Under the pieces are notes generated by a model, which was given only the letters and a program-made list of their open reading frames with translations, made no database searches and had not been told where the DNA came from. Both the position numbers and the translations under genes were made by a program. A DNA stretch of 64,000 nucleotides from assembly GCA_951406725.2 (NCBI GenBank), contig OX597819.1, positions 80,290,001 to 80,354,000 of the forward strand, in the 5' to 3' direction. The stretch is from Octopus vulgaris (taxonomy: Eukaryota). Of the stretch, positions 14,725 to 26,729 are shown one piece after another (the stretch's first letter is position 1; every line of letters starts with the position of its first letter).

Positions 14725-15092
14725 CTTCAGGTTGAGTAGCCCATCCTGCACAAAGGGTCCCTGAATCAGAGTTGTTTAAGAATGATGAACGAAGCACCCA
14801 TGCTTCCAGAGCTGAATTATTCAAGCTACAAAGAATTCCTCTCAACACAGGGCTATGATGCTCCACCATTATTTCTGTTCGTGATCAGAGATAGACATAT
14901 CGTCAGCCATTAAGGGACATGCTCAACTGATTAATGCCAAGCTGCTGGCAAACAAGTCTGTGGTATTGAGCAGAATATTTGTTGTAGCCCATCTTTTAAA
15001 CCAAGGCAAAACATGTACATGATAACACTTCCAATCAGAAACGATCAAAAGCCATGAGAGCCACTGCCTGGTTGCCTGGAACTGTATCAGAG
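14725..15092. mobile_element. Non-coding interspersed repeat abutting (TTA)n (partial copy of the 22584-24425 element)
   Basis: Collinear with 22775-23067 joined to 24325-24425, and ends at a long (TTA)n tract. Confidence 0.8.
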
Positions 15093-15333
<241 letters not shown>

Positions 15334-16202
15334 TCAGTAGTTTTATTTTTATAGCGTGCTTTCACTTCACTACCGAGCGCAGCTCTGTATGCCTTGGGTA
15401 TGTGCTGTGATTTGTTGTGATGCTCTGATGGTTATTGTATGGAAAGTGTTCTGCGTAGGATGTGTGCAGTGCCTAGTAGTGCAATTTTCTGTATGTTATA
15501 TGTGTTTGTAAGTCCACATTCTAGTTACCTCTATTTCCAGCTCTTTGTATTTTGAGAGTTTCTCCATTTCTTTTAGAGACACGTCGTCATCAGCCGGTAT
15601 TGATACATCAATTAGAAAGCTTTTTTTTTTCTTCATGATCTCTGACAACTATATCTGGTCTGTTGGCCTTAATTTCTCTATCTGTGTGTATCGGCATATC
15701 CCAGAGTATGGTTGCTTTCTCGTTTTCTGTGACCTTTTCTGGTGTGTGCCTATACCATCTTTTTTCTGTTGTTATTCCATAATGTTGGCATAGCTTCCAA
15801 TGTATGTAGGTCCCAACTCTGTCATGTCTGTGAATATATTCCTTCTTAGCCAGGACTGGGCAGCTAGAGATAATATGATTTATTGTTTCTTGTCCATCTC
15901 CACATATTCTGCAGTTACTTGTAATATTTCTTTTCATTACATGTTTTTGGTAATTTCTGGTGGGGAGGCTTTGGTCTTGTGCTGCAATTAAAAATCCCTC
16001 TGTTTCTGCTTTGAGTCCTGAGCTTCTCAACCATTGCTGGGATTTTTCTTTGTCTATTTCTTTTGCGTTTAGTTTAGTCCAGTATTTACCATGAAGGGGC
16101 TTTTCTTGCCATCGTTTTATCATGGTTCGTTGCTGTTCTATTTTTTTAGTTTGGATTTCATTTGTTTTATAGCTTTTGTTGTTTTGTTATAGCTTTTGTT
16201 GT

Positions 16203-16205
<3 letters not shown>
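15334..16205 (-). mobile_element. R4/Dong-clade LINE 3' fragment (CCHC finger + restriction-like endonuclease), 5'-truncated, inserted in (TAA)n
   Basis: ORF 15608-16123(-): WQEKPLHGKY...AETEGFLIAAQDQSLPTRNY...CRICGDGQETINHIISSCPVLAKKEYIHRHD...ILWDMPIHTDREIKANRPDIVV. Frameshift near 15620. (TAA)n on both sides matches Dong-type target preference. Confidence 0.9.
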
Positions 16206-16288
<83 letters not shown>

Positions 16289-16299
16289 TATTATTATTA

Positions 16300-17024
16300 T
16301 CATATGGGTTTTTCTTCTTCTTTCAAATTTGCTTCTATTTCTTGCCGAGTGTCTTCCCGACTCCTTGGGCAAATAAACTCATAGTATACATTGGTAAGCC
16401 ATTAAACTAAACTCACTAGTTCGTTCATTTTTTTTTTAATAGAAATAATGTTAAATTAAAATACATGGGGAGTAATAGTTCTCACATCGACAATGTTCTT
16501 CTCAATACATGTGATGTACCAGTTAAGACAAACTTTTGCACTTCTTGCAGGGATGGTAAGCCAGGGATCATTCTCATATAATTTTCGGTTCCCTTCTTGA
16601 TCATTCCTAGTGCTCCTATGATCACTGGTATTGTAACCGCCTTGAGATGCCACATTTTCTCAATTTCAATGAGCAGGTCTTTATATTTTCTGACCTTGTC
16701 AAATTCTTTCGCCTTATTATAATTATTATTATTATTATTATTACTTTTTTTTTTTCTTCCTTCAAATTTGCTTACATTTCTTGCCGAGTGTCTTCCCGAC
16801 TCCTAGGGCAAAGAAACTCATAGTATACATTGGTAGGCCATTAAACCAAACTCAGTAGTTCGTTCATTTTTTTTTTTTTAAATTAAAATACATGAGCAGC
16901 AACAGTTCTCACATCGACAATGCTCTTCTCAATACGTGTGATGTACCAGTTAACAATGCTCTTCTCAATACGTGTGATGTACCAGTTAACAATGCTCTTC
17001 TCAATACGTGTGATGTACCAGTTA
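16300..17024 (-). mobile_element. Two tandem 3' fragments of a second R4/Dong-type LINE family
   Basis: Reverse-complement homology to 21660-22065. Copies at about 16300-16715 and 16745-17024, separated by (TTA)n. The second carries a 36-bp unit three times at its truncation end. Confidence 0.85.
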
Positions 17025-17036
17025 ATTATTATTATA

Positions 17037-17086
<50 letters not shown>

Positions 17087-17106
17087 CATCATCATCATCA
17101 TCATCA

Positions 17107-17165
<59 letters not shown>

Positions 17166-17169
17166 GACC

Positions 17170-17565
17170 TTGTAGAATCGAGAGCACGCCGAGCAATATA
17201 CTTAGCAGTATTTTGTCCACCTTTATATTCTGTGTTCAAATCCCTCTGTGGTCGACTTTGTCTTTCACTCTTCCAGGGTCGATAAAATAAGTACTAGTTG
17301 AGCACTAGAGTTGATGAAATGGACTAGCTCCCTCTCCCAAATTTCAGGCCTTGTGCATATAGTAGATAGGATTATTATGTCTATGAACAATGTGATGAGC
17401 TGGTAGGTATTTCGCCCGCCGCTACGTTCTGAGTTCAAATTCTGCCGAGTTCGACTTTGCCCATCATTATTACGGGGTCGATAAATTGTGTACCAGTGAA
17501 ACACTGGATTCGATATAATCGACTAACCCTCTCCTCCATCAAATCTTTGGCCTTGTGCCTATAAT
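17170..17565 (+). mobile_element. Two tandem SINE family B copies (Meta-domain-like)
   Basis: GTTCAAATTC.GCCGAGGTCGACTTTGCCTTTCATCCTTTCGGGGTCGATAAA.TAAGTACCAG-type core, resembling the MetaSINE central domain. Confidence 0.7.
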
Positions 17566-17592
17566 AAAAATTATTATTATTATTATTATTAT

Positions 17593-17625
<33 letters not shown>

Positions 17626-17632
17626 CAGCAGC

Positions 17633-17679
<47 letters not shown>

Positions 17680-17734
17680 GAGGAGGAGGAGGAGGAGGAG
17701 CAGTAAATCTTCATCATCAACATGCGCTTTGTAT

Positions 17735-18015
17735 TGTTGTTTGTTCCTTCTCAAGCCACACCTGGCTCATAAGGGCCGGTTTCCCGGTTTCCTTGGCGTA
17801 TAGGTTCCCCACATGGACGGAACGCCAGTCCGTTGCAGGAAAGAGTGAGAGAAAGTTGTGGCGAAAGAGTCAGAAGTTCGCCATTACCTTCTGCCGGGGC
17901 CACGGGGAGCGTAGGTGTTTCACTCATAAACACATACATCACCCGGTCTGAAATTCGATTCCACGATCCTTCGACCGCGAGTCCACTGCTCTAACCACTA
18001 CGCCATGTGCTCCCA
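17735..18015 (-). mobile_element. tRNA-derived SINE (family C head, V-domain-like body)
   Basis: Minus-strand head TGGCGTAGTGGTTAGAGCAGTGGACTCGCGGTCGAAGGATCGTGGAATCGAATTTCAGACCGG (A/B boxes), then CTGGCGTTCCGTCC...GAAACCGGG and a CAAA tail. Confidence 0.75.
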
Positions 18016-18879
18016 CGCTTAATATTGTATTGTTCAGTTATTCATCAAAATCAACCATTGACCTCATAAGAACCTCTCGCCAACTATTTAAACCTTACAT
18101 ATGAATACCATCACTACTAACGGTACTACTACCAATACCAACAGTACCAATTCCATATTACCACTACTATATCATCCCAGTATAGCAATATGCTATTATG
18201 CCGGTCCAACCAGCACCGCTGCTATGTCAGGCGACCCAATGTAGGAGCGCCTACTTACTTGAAATAACAGTTAATCTGCCGACAAATGACACACTTCAAA
18301 CCACGACTTGAAAACTAAAAATTAAAATAAACCCGCTGAATAATGGGATACAATTCATGGGCTCGAACATCTTTGCTCATAGGTGTATTCGATTGATGTT
18401 GACCTATGGCTAAACAAAATCATTGCACCACTATACCAATACCACCTTACGATACTACCACTACTACTATCATCACAACTAACTCTCACCGCCACCACCA
18501 CCACCATTTCTGGTATCACCATCACCATCACCATCACTTCCATCATTTCCTCCTCCATTAATATTGCTCATTGCATATATCTGATGCTGGTCTGACCACG
18601 ACAGAATCTATAATAATTCTTAGTTTATATATAAATTATACAGTCAAAATTTTCCAAGTTGAGTTTTGTAGGTTGCATCAGTGTATATTGTTAAGTACTA
18701 CTACAACATAGCCGACGAGAATGGATGTGTATATATCGACGTATAAATGTGTATGTGCTTATATGCATGTATTGCAGTGTGATCTTATGGATGTGAATGG
18801 ATATGAATGTTTTTATGTATGTATGTATGTATGTATGTATGTATGTATGTACGTGTATGTATGTATATATATATATATA

Positions 18880-19095
18880 CGTTGTGAGAAAGGATGAAAC
18901 CTCTTGGCTTTAACGGGAAAGGCCTGTTTGGCGGCCCAAACTTCCGAGTTATTTTACAGGGCTTAGAAAAAAAATGAAGGACCACTGCAATAAGTATGTG
19001 AATCGGAGAAGGGATTATGTTGAATAATATATATTAACTGATCCTCCTCTATTTTCTGTTACTTAAAGCCAGGAACTTTTCAGCCCTCCCTAGTA
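18880..19095 (+). mobile_element. Mariner-derived MITE, relative of 323-540
   Basis: Shares CCCAA.CTTCCGAGT...TTAGAAAAA...GAAGGACC.CTG.AATAAGT...TATGTTGAATAA...TTAACTGATCCTCCT with 323-540. Confidence 0.7.
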
Positions 19096-19262
19096 ATATA
19101 TATATATCGAAGTAACGAAGCAAAGCACTGATTGCGTATAATCACAATTTAGGTTAAGTTGAAATATATGTGTCACATATTTCAACTGCTAAAGGCAAGT
19201 ACACTGCAGTTACCGTAGAGAAAAAAAAATCTCTCTTATGGTAAAAAGGTGTGAAAACAGCC

Positions 19263-19365
19263 AGTTCGTTCAGAGTCGCCATCTCTCGGATATCTCAGAC
19301 ATCGATGTTTCGAGTTTGACTCTTGTCGACGAGATGTACCTAAGAGAGGCAACTCTGAACGAACT
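19263..19365. repeat. Imperfect ~100-nt hairpin
   Basis: AGTTCGTTCAGAGT...CTCTC...ATCTC pairs with GAGAT...GAGAG...ACTCTGAACGAACT. The outer 14 bp are perfect. Confidence 0.8.
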
Positions 19366-19437
19366 AAATATAGCGTGTAGTTTATATTCAGTCAACACGT
19401 TAACTGATTTGCGCTAGTAGATCGCCCGATCGTTAAA

Positions 19438-19507
<70 letters not shown>

Positions 19508-19518
19508 TTAATAATAAC

Positions 19519-19584
<66 letters not shown>

Positions 19585-19585
19585 T

Positions 19586-19906
19586 TTTTGCGGTGTGTCT
19601 CTCTTGAGATGGCCTACCTAATGCATAGTAATAAGCGTATATTACTTCTTTATACTCTTCTCGGGTCCATTTGTTCCGCTTACATTTTTCTTTCTGTGGT
19701 GGTTGTGGTGGTGAACTTGGAGGGCTCGAGTTGGGGGATTTCCCGTTCAAGTGACCATCCATGTCCGTATTCGGAGAAGAGTTTGTGCCAGTTGATGACT
19801 TTTCGATCCCAGGCTGGCTCTTCCCTGGGGGACGCGCTTCCAGATTAACCATAGGACAAGCGATTTGGTATACTGATTTAGTTTTCCTTTTAGTTTCCAA
19901 AAACAT
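19586..19906 (-). mobile_element. N-terminal fragment of an R4/Dong-type LINE ORF next to (TAA)n
   Basis: KRNKWTREEYKEVIYAYYYALGRP resembles the N-terminal R.KWT.EE...V...YY motif of R4/Dong ORFs. It abuts (TAA)n at 19440-19585. Confidence 0.6.
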
Positions 19907-20305
19907 TTTGGTGCTACGATAATGTTATCATTTTTTTAGCTTTGATTGGCTCGTGGGGAGACGGCCATCATTGCCGTTACAATTATAATCGTACCATTAT
20001 AGCAGCCGTAGTCGGCTTATTATTGTTATTATCATCACCATTACCATCACTATCATCATTATCACCACCATTACCATCATCATTATCATCATCACCATCA
20101 CCATCACCACCATCATCATCAATGATATTGTTTTATGTGTAGTCACAGCAGTATCTTATTATTGTTATTTTTGTTTTTTATCATTATCACCATCACAGTA
20201 GTGTCTGTCTGTCTCGTTGGCTGGCTAACTGTCCTTTTTAGGTGCGGTCCTATCGGTCAAAAAAAGTTCAGATGTTTACTACTATTAGGCTTAAGAAAAA
20301 TTAAG

Positions 20306-21350
20306 GAAGGGCTGTTCTGTATTGTTTGTGAATAGAGAAGTTGTGTTCGACCAGAGAGAATCGTAGCATCATCATTTTTTTTTTTTCCACGTGCGTTTGT
20401 GTTATTGCAATAAAAAGTGTTTGTATATTTCCTGTAAGGTAATATTGTGGAGGTTGAAGTTGACTTTTCTAGAGATGTTTGTATGTCCAGTTAGAAGAAC
20501 AGGTGTGTTTTTACAATAAAAAGTATATGTTTACATTTATATTTGAATATTCAGGGAGGAAGCAAAGAAAAGTCAGATTTTCATAGAAAGTTTTAGGGTT
20601 TTGTAAGTCCACAAAAAGAAAAAAAGGGAAAGGCGTGATGTTTTTAGAGAGAAGAAAAAAAAAAAAGGATGTTTACAGAGGCAATTGTGGGTATCAAAGT
20701 TTTTAAAGCTGGTCGAATGTATGATTGAAAACTGTAGATATGTAAATTTGTAAATTTTCTTAACTTATTTTGAAGGGCTGTTCTGTATTATTTCTGAATA
20801 GAGAAGCTGTGTTCGATCAGAGAGAATCTTAGCATCATTATTTTTTCCATGTGCGTTTGTGTTATTGCAATAAAAAATGTTTGTATATTTCGTGCTTATT
20901 TTGAAGGGCTATTCTGTATTATTTGTGAATAGAGAAGCTGTGTTCGACCAGAGAGAATCTTAGCATCATTATTTTTTCCATGTGCGTTTGTGTTATTGCA
21001 ATAAAAAGTGTTTGTATATTTCGTGCAAGGTAATATTGTGGAGGTTGAAGTTGACCCCTCTAGAGATGTTTGTATGTCCAGTTAGAGGAACAGGTGTGTT
21101 TTGCAATAAAGAGTATATGTTTACATTTATATTTGAATATTCTGGGAGGAAGCAAAGAAAAGTCAGATTTTCATAGAAAGTTTTAGGGTTTTGCATGTCC
21201 ACAAAAAGAAAAGCGTGATATTTTTAGAGAGAAGAAAAAAAAAGGGTGCTTACAGAGGCAGTTGTGGGTATTAAAGTTTTTAAGGCCGATCGGATGTATG
21301 TTTGAAAGCTGCAGATATGTAAATTTGTAAATTTCTTAACCCACTTTGAA
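20306..21350. repeat. Tandem duplication (two ~450-bp copies plus one ~125-bp partial), possibly a LINE remnant
   Basis: GAAGGGCT.TTCTGTATT.TTT.TGAATAGAGAAG starts at about 20306, 20772 and 20902. Copies 1 and 3 are collinear for about 450 bp. Confidence 0.85.
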
Positions 21351-21513
21351 GAGAATTTCAAATACTCACGAGGTATTGTAGATGTTCCAGTCTTTGAGAG
21401 TTATTTTTCCCCGTTGCTAAACTGGCCCATATTAGTGTTTCTATGGCTTTCAGCCACCGAACTGTCAGAGCACTGATGAACACGTCCAGCCGCTGTCAAG
21501 GCTGGCGCTCTTC

Positions 21514-22065
21514 TAATAAAGAAAATGTAACCATTCTGTGGGACTTTCCAGTACATACAGACCGAACCATCAAGGCCAATAAACCAGATATTGTTGTGAA
21601 AGACCAAAACAATAAAGTTTGCTTATTGATCGACATGAGCATCCCCTGTGATCATAATATCTCAGCGAAAGAGTTTGACAAGCTCAGAAAATATAAAGAC
21701 CTACTCATTGAAATTGAGAAAATGTGGCATCTCAAGGCGGTTACAATACCAGTGATCGTAGGAGCACTAGGAATGATCAAGAAGGGAACCGAAAATTATA
21801 TGAGAATGATCCCTGGCTTACCATCCCTGCAAGAAGTGCAAAAGATTGTCTTAACTGGTACATCACACGTATTGAGAAGAGCATTGTCGATGTGAGAACT
21901 GTTGCTGCTCATGCATTTTAATTTAACTTTAAAAAAAAAAAAATTAACGAACTACTGAGTTTGGTTTAATGGCCTACTAATATACACTATGAGTTTCTTT
22001 GCCCTAGGAGTCGGGAAGACACTCGGCAAGAAATGGAAGAAAATTTGAAAGAAGAAAAAAAAAGT
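21514..22065 (+). mobile_element. R4/Dong-type LINE 3' end (RLE domain + 3' UTR) ending in (TAA)n
   Basis: ENVTILWDFPVHTDRTIKANKPDIVVKD...LLIDMSIPCDHNISAKEFDKLRKYKDLLIEIEKMW...IPVIVGALG...GTSHVLRRALSM* (PD...D..K..KY nuclease motif). Confidence 0.9.
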
Positions 22066-22126
22066 AATAATAATAATAATAATAATAACATTAATAATAA
22101 CAATAATAATAACAATAATAATAATA

Positions 22127-22252
<126 letters not shown>

Positions 22253-22583
22253 TAATCTCTTTTTAATTCTTTTGATTCTTCTCATGAGGAACGAATTGCG
22301 TGTTCTAATATAGAAATATCGATGTTACATGTAGAACTTTAGCGGACAATATTTTTGCTATTCTTAGAACTGGTTGTATTTGGAAAGAGCATTAATGTGT
22401 GTCAATTCCTTCACTTTAAACCCCCCAATTTTCCTAATTGTCAGTTAAAATCTTTATTAGCCAATAGTTATATATAGATACGTAATTAAAATGTAGACAG
22501 ATACGTTATAGCTTGGTATGTATGCATGTTTCTTCTTCTTTACTATTATTGTTGTTGTAATTATTATTATTATTATCATTATT

Positions 22584-24425
22584 GAGTGAGAGAGCAGTTC
22601 ATGCCATCAAAGTGGCACTGGGGTAAAATATACGAAGCCCAATATACCCATCATAACTACCCGTCTGATAAGGGTACACCAGTCACATGCATCACAACCA
22701 TATGTGCGCGACATAGTGATCTCATATCAAGATAAACACCACATGACCTTGCAGGTGGGGCCCAGTTAGAATTTTCTTCACGTCAAGTAGCCCATCCCGC
22801 TCAAAAGGTCCTTGAATAGGGGTTGTTTAAAGATGATGAACGAAACACCAATGTTTCCAGATGTGAATCATTCAAACCCCAAAGAATCCCTCTCAACACA
22901 TGGCTATGATGCTTCCCCACTACTTCTGCTCGTGATCAGAGATGCACATATCGTCAGCCACTAAGGGACACGCTTAACTGGTTAAGGTCAAATAACTGAC
23001 AAGCAAATATGTGGTATTGAGCAGGATATTTGCTGTAGCCCATCTTTTATACCAAGACAAAACAATGTACGAGGGGCGTTCAATAAGTAATGCCCCTGAC
23101 CCACTCCCCATAGCAGTAGAGCAACGACACTTGGCACAGTTATTAGTCTTTTCCTACATAGGAACTACCCAGAGTTATGCATTTCTCCCATCGTTTGATA
23201 CAGCTCTGAAGACCGTTTTTGTAGAAGACCCCAGCTTGGTCCTCCAACCACGACGTGACTTCAGAAATCAAGGCTGCATCATCTGGGAAACGCTTTCATT
23301 TCAAAATCAACTTCATGGCTAGGAAGAGGTGAAAATCAGAGGGTGCAAGGGGATGAGTTCATAGCTGCACGCCTGTGCTTCTGATCTGGCGACACGCGAG
23401 TTGTGGACCGGAGCGTTGTCCTGCAGGAGGAGGATGGCTTTGCTGATCTTGCCCCGCCTCTTGATTTTCATAGCTTCTCTTAATTTCCTCAAAAGTGAAG
23501 CATAATAGGCTTCTGTAATAGTGGTACCCTTTGCCAGGAAATCTGTCATCACTACTCCGTCCTGGTCCCAGAAGACTGTGAGCATAACCTTGTCAGCGGA
23601 GGGCTGCACCCTTGCCTTCTTTGGAGGAGGTGAGTCACGGTGCTTTCACTGCATTGACTGGGCTTTGGTCTCTGGATCATAGTGATGGACCCAGGTTTTA
23701 TCCTGTGTGATCAGTCTTTTGAAAAATTTTGACTCATCTTCTTGGCACATCTCCAAATTCATCCTCGAGCACTCAACGCGTTCTTGCTTCTGGAAAGGTG
23801 TGAGCAACCTGGAAATCCATCTGGCAGACACCTTTTGCATATGCAAATGGTCATGAATGATAGTTTCCACAGACCCGGTACTAATCTTGACCTTATGGGC
23901 TATTTGGCGAATAGTTATGCGTTGACCTTCCAAAATGGCAGCCTCGACTTGACGGACAGACGTCTCATCAACGGCAGAAGGGGGCGACCAGATCTGGGAG
24001 CTGTTTCTACAGAGTTCCGACTATGTTTGAATTCACAATGCCAGCGTTTTACAAGGTCATATGATGGGGCATCATCACCATAAGTTACTTTCATTTCATC
24101 AAAAGTCTCCCGTGGTGTGCGTCCTTTCAAATACAAAAACCAGATCACTGCTCGACACTCAACAGGCTCCATTTCACACTTGACTCAATTCAAACACCTG
24201 TAAATCAGAAACCACAATTAGTTCAGAGCTGTAATTCGCCACTTAATCTATAGAGGTATAAATAAGTGCACATGCAAACAATTGCAAGTGGGTCAGAGGC
24301 ATTACTTATTGAACGCCCCTCGTACATGATAACACTTCCAATCAGTTAAGATCAGAAGCCACGAGAGTTACTGCCTGGTACTGCATCAGGGCATTCAGAT
24401 GTCACGCAAGCCACTGCCTGGTATT
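22584..24425. mobile_element. Non-coding (TTA)n-flanked interspersed element interrupted by a mariner
   Basis: Both flanks of the mariner join seamlessly in the homolog at 14725-15092. (TTA)n lies on both sides. Confidence 0.75.
23068..24324 (-). mobile_element. Full-length mariner (Tc1/mariner) DNA transposon with a frameshifted, inactive transposase
   Basis: TA TSD and TIRs CGAGGGGCGTTCAATAAGTAATGCC / GGCATTACTTATTGAACGCCCCTCG. ORF pieces: MEPVECRAVIWFL...RSGRP (HTH), KVSARWISRLLT (WVPREL-like), LITQDKTWVHHYDPE, KVMLTVFWD...LLLQDNAPVH. Confidence 0.97.
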
Positions 24426-24443
24426 GCATTATTATTGTTATTA

Positions 24444-24499
<56 letters not shown>

Positions 24500-25564
24500 G
24501 ACAATACGAAGAGCCCGATACGATTGCAATAGATATTTTACTGGTTGGACGATATTTCGACAGCTTACTTGTCTTTGTCGAGTTCAAAACAAAAAGTGAT
24601 ACTTAGATTTGGATTACAAAACGGTATCATATTTTGAACATTAGAAAAGTCTCGTAGATTATTATTGCTCCACTTACAGATTGAATTTGGAAAGTGTTAG
24701 TAACTTTCGTTGCTTAAAAATCTGAGCCTTTCGAAATTCTCATTCAAACATTTACTAACATCCCGAAGTGCTGTTATGGTTGTCAGTAAAAATGAGAATC
24801 GATAATCTGGGTACACTAGCTGCAAGTCTTAAAGCATTTGCGCGTATTTTTCACTGATCTTGGAAGATATGTTTACTGCGCGTGTGCGTGCGTGCATGTG
24901 TGAGTGTGTAGGAATGTTGAATGTGTATATCTGTATCTTGCGTAACAGTGTTTGATGTTGTGCGGCAGTATGTAGGCGCATATGTGTATGCCTCGAGTGC
25001 GATGTGCATATGTGCATGGAGTATATACAAAATTAGAGAGGAATTGAAAAATATATAGGGTATTTGTGTCCTTATAGTTGCATGGTGTATTGTGTATTTA
25101 TATGTATTATTGCGTAGCAGGCGGAATAAGTGTGCATCTGTCTATCACGTCTGTGTATGTGTGAATGACTCCCTATGTATGTGTCCGTCATCGAGTCTTC
25201 GGTGTACTTGTATGTGTGTGTGTGTGACCGTTGCTGTGTTTTCAGTGTGTGTGCATGTATAGTTAAAGAATCAATAAGCGTGTACGTAGTATACATGCAT
25301 GTGCGTGCGTACCTGTATGTATGCGTACATGCAAGAGCGTGAGTGTGTTGGTGTGTGTGTGAAATTTGAATGTTTGTATGAGTTGATTAGAGACAAATAC
25401 TAAGAGACAGTGAATGAAAATGATGTCCATGAGAAATAAAATTATCAAGAAAAAAATTAATTCCTGTTTTCTTTTCAGAAACGAGAGTTTTGTGATCCAA
25501 TATGCATCGCATGACCAAAAACAGACAGATGCTGATCGGAATAGTCCGAAGAACGGGAGTGACG

Positions 25565-25735
25565 TGAGACAGACGAATCGTTGCTGAGCGGGATGAGTTC
25601 AAATTCCGCCGTGATCGACTTTGTCTTTCATCCTTTCAAATTCAGCCGAGGTCGACTTTGTCTTTTGTCCTTTCGATGCAATCGACTTAACACTCTCCTT
25701 AAATCTCAGGCTTTGTGCCTACAATAGAAAGAATT
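25565..25735 (+). mobile_element. SINE family B copy with internal duplication
   Basis: GAGTTCAAATTCCGCCG...CGACTTTGTCTTTCATCCTTT occurs twice. Confidence 0.65.
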
Positions 25736-26085
25736 ATTATTGGAGTGACAAGATATATATTTATGATTCCGGCTGTATCGAACTATCGCTAAACTAGAAT
25801 TCTTGAAGAAAAAAAAATCAAGCTCAATGATTCATATTACAGATGGATGCGATATCTGCGACAATAAAAATTTGCAAGATCTGTTTAAAATTTTAATGAT
25901 GAGTTGTTGTGCGAATGATAACGTAGAGAGCAAGAACCTATTTTTTTTCTATAATGCTGTATTACTTGCAACCGTCCTCACCGCAAAAAAACCTGGGCGA
26001 GGGTAAACCCTTTTAGTCACCGAGAATCCGACCATGCAACAGATTGTATCGGATTCTATAAATCTATTACGTCCATTACTTTTAA

Positions 26086-26190
<105 letters not shown>

Positions 26191-26438
26191 GCAAATATAT
26201 ATATATAAAGAGAGAGAGGGTGAGAGGGAAAGAGAAAGGGACAGATGGAAATAAATTGATAGATAGATACAAAATGAATACCTATGCATATATATACACG
26301 CATACATACACACATTCCTACACACATACATTCCTACATACATACATACATACATACATACATACATTCCTACATACATACACACATACATACATACCTA
26401 CATACATACATACATACATACATACATACATACATACA

Positions 26439-26469
<31 letters not shown>

Positions 26470-26729
26470 GAACATATGAACATATGAACATAGGTACACA
26501 GGTACATACATACATATGCTAACTGTTAGCTGTTGAGTCATATCAAACAATCTGAAGGTTCAATGATTGATATTAACAATGAGAACAACAGCTTCCACTG
26601 CGATTGCCGGCCACCACCACTATTAACACGACCAGTTCCAATATTACTACTACTATTATTAATATTTCCACCGCTGCTGAGCTTTTCACCACCAAACACT
26701 ACTAATGATAATGATAAAATAAGGATAGA

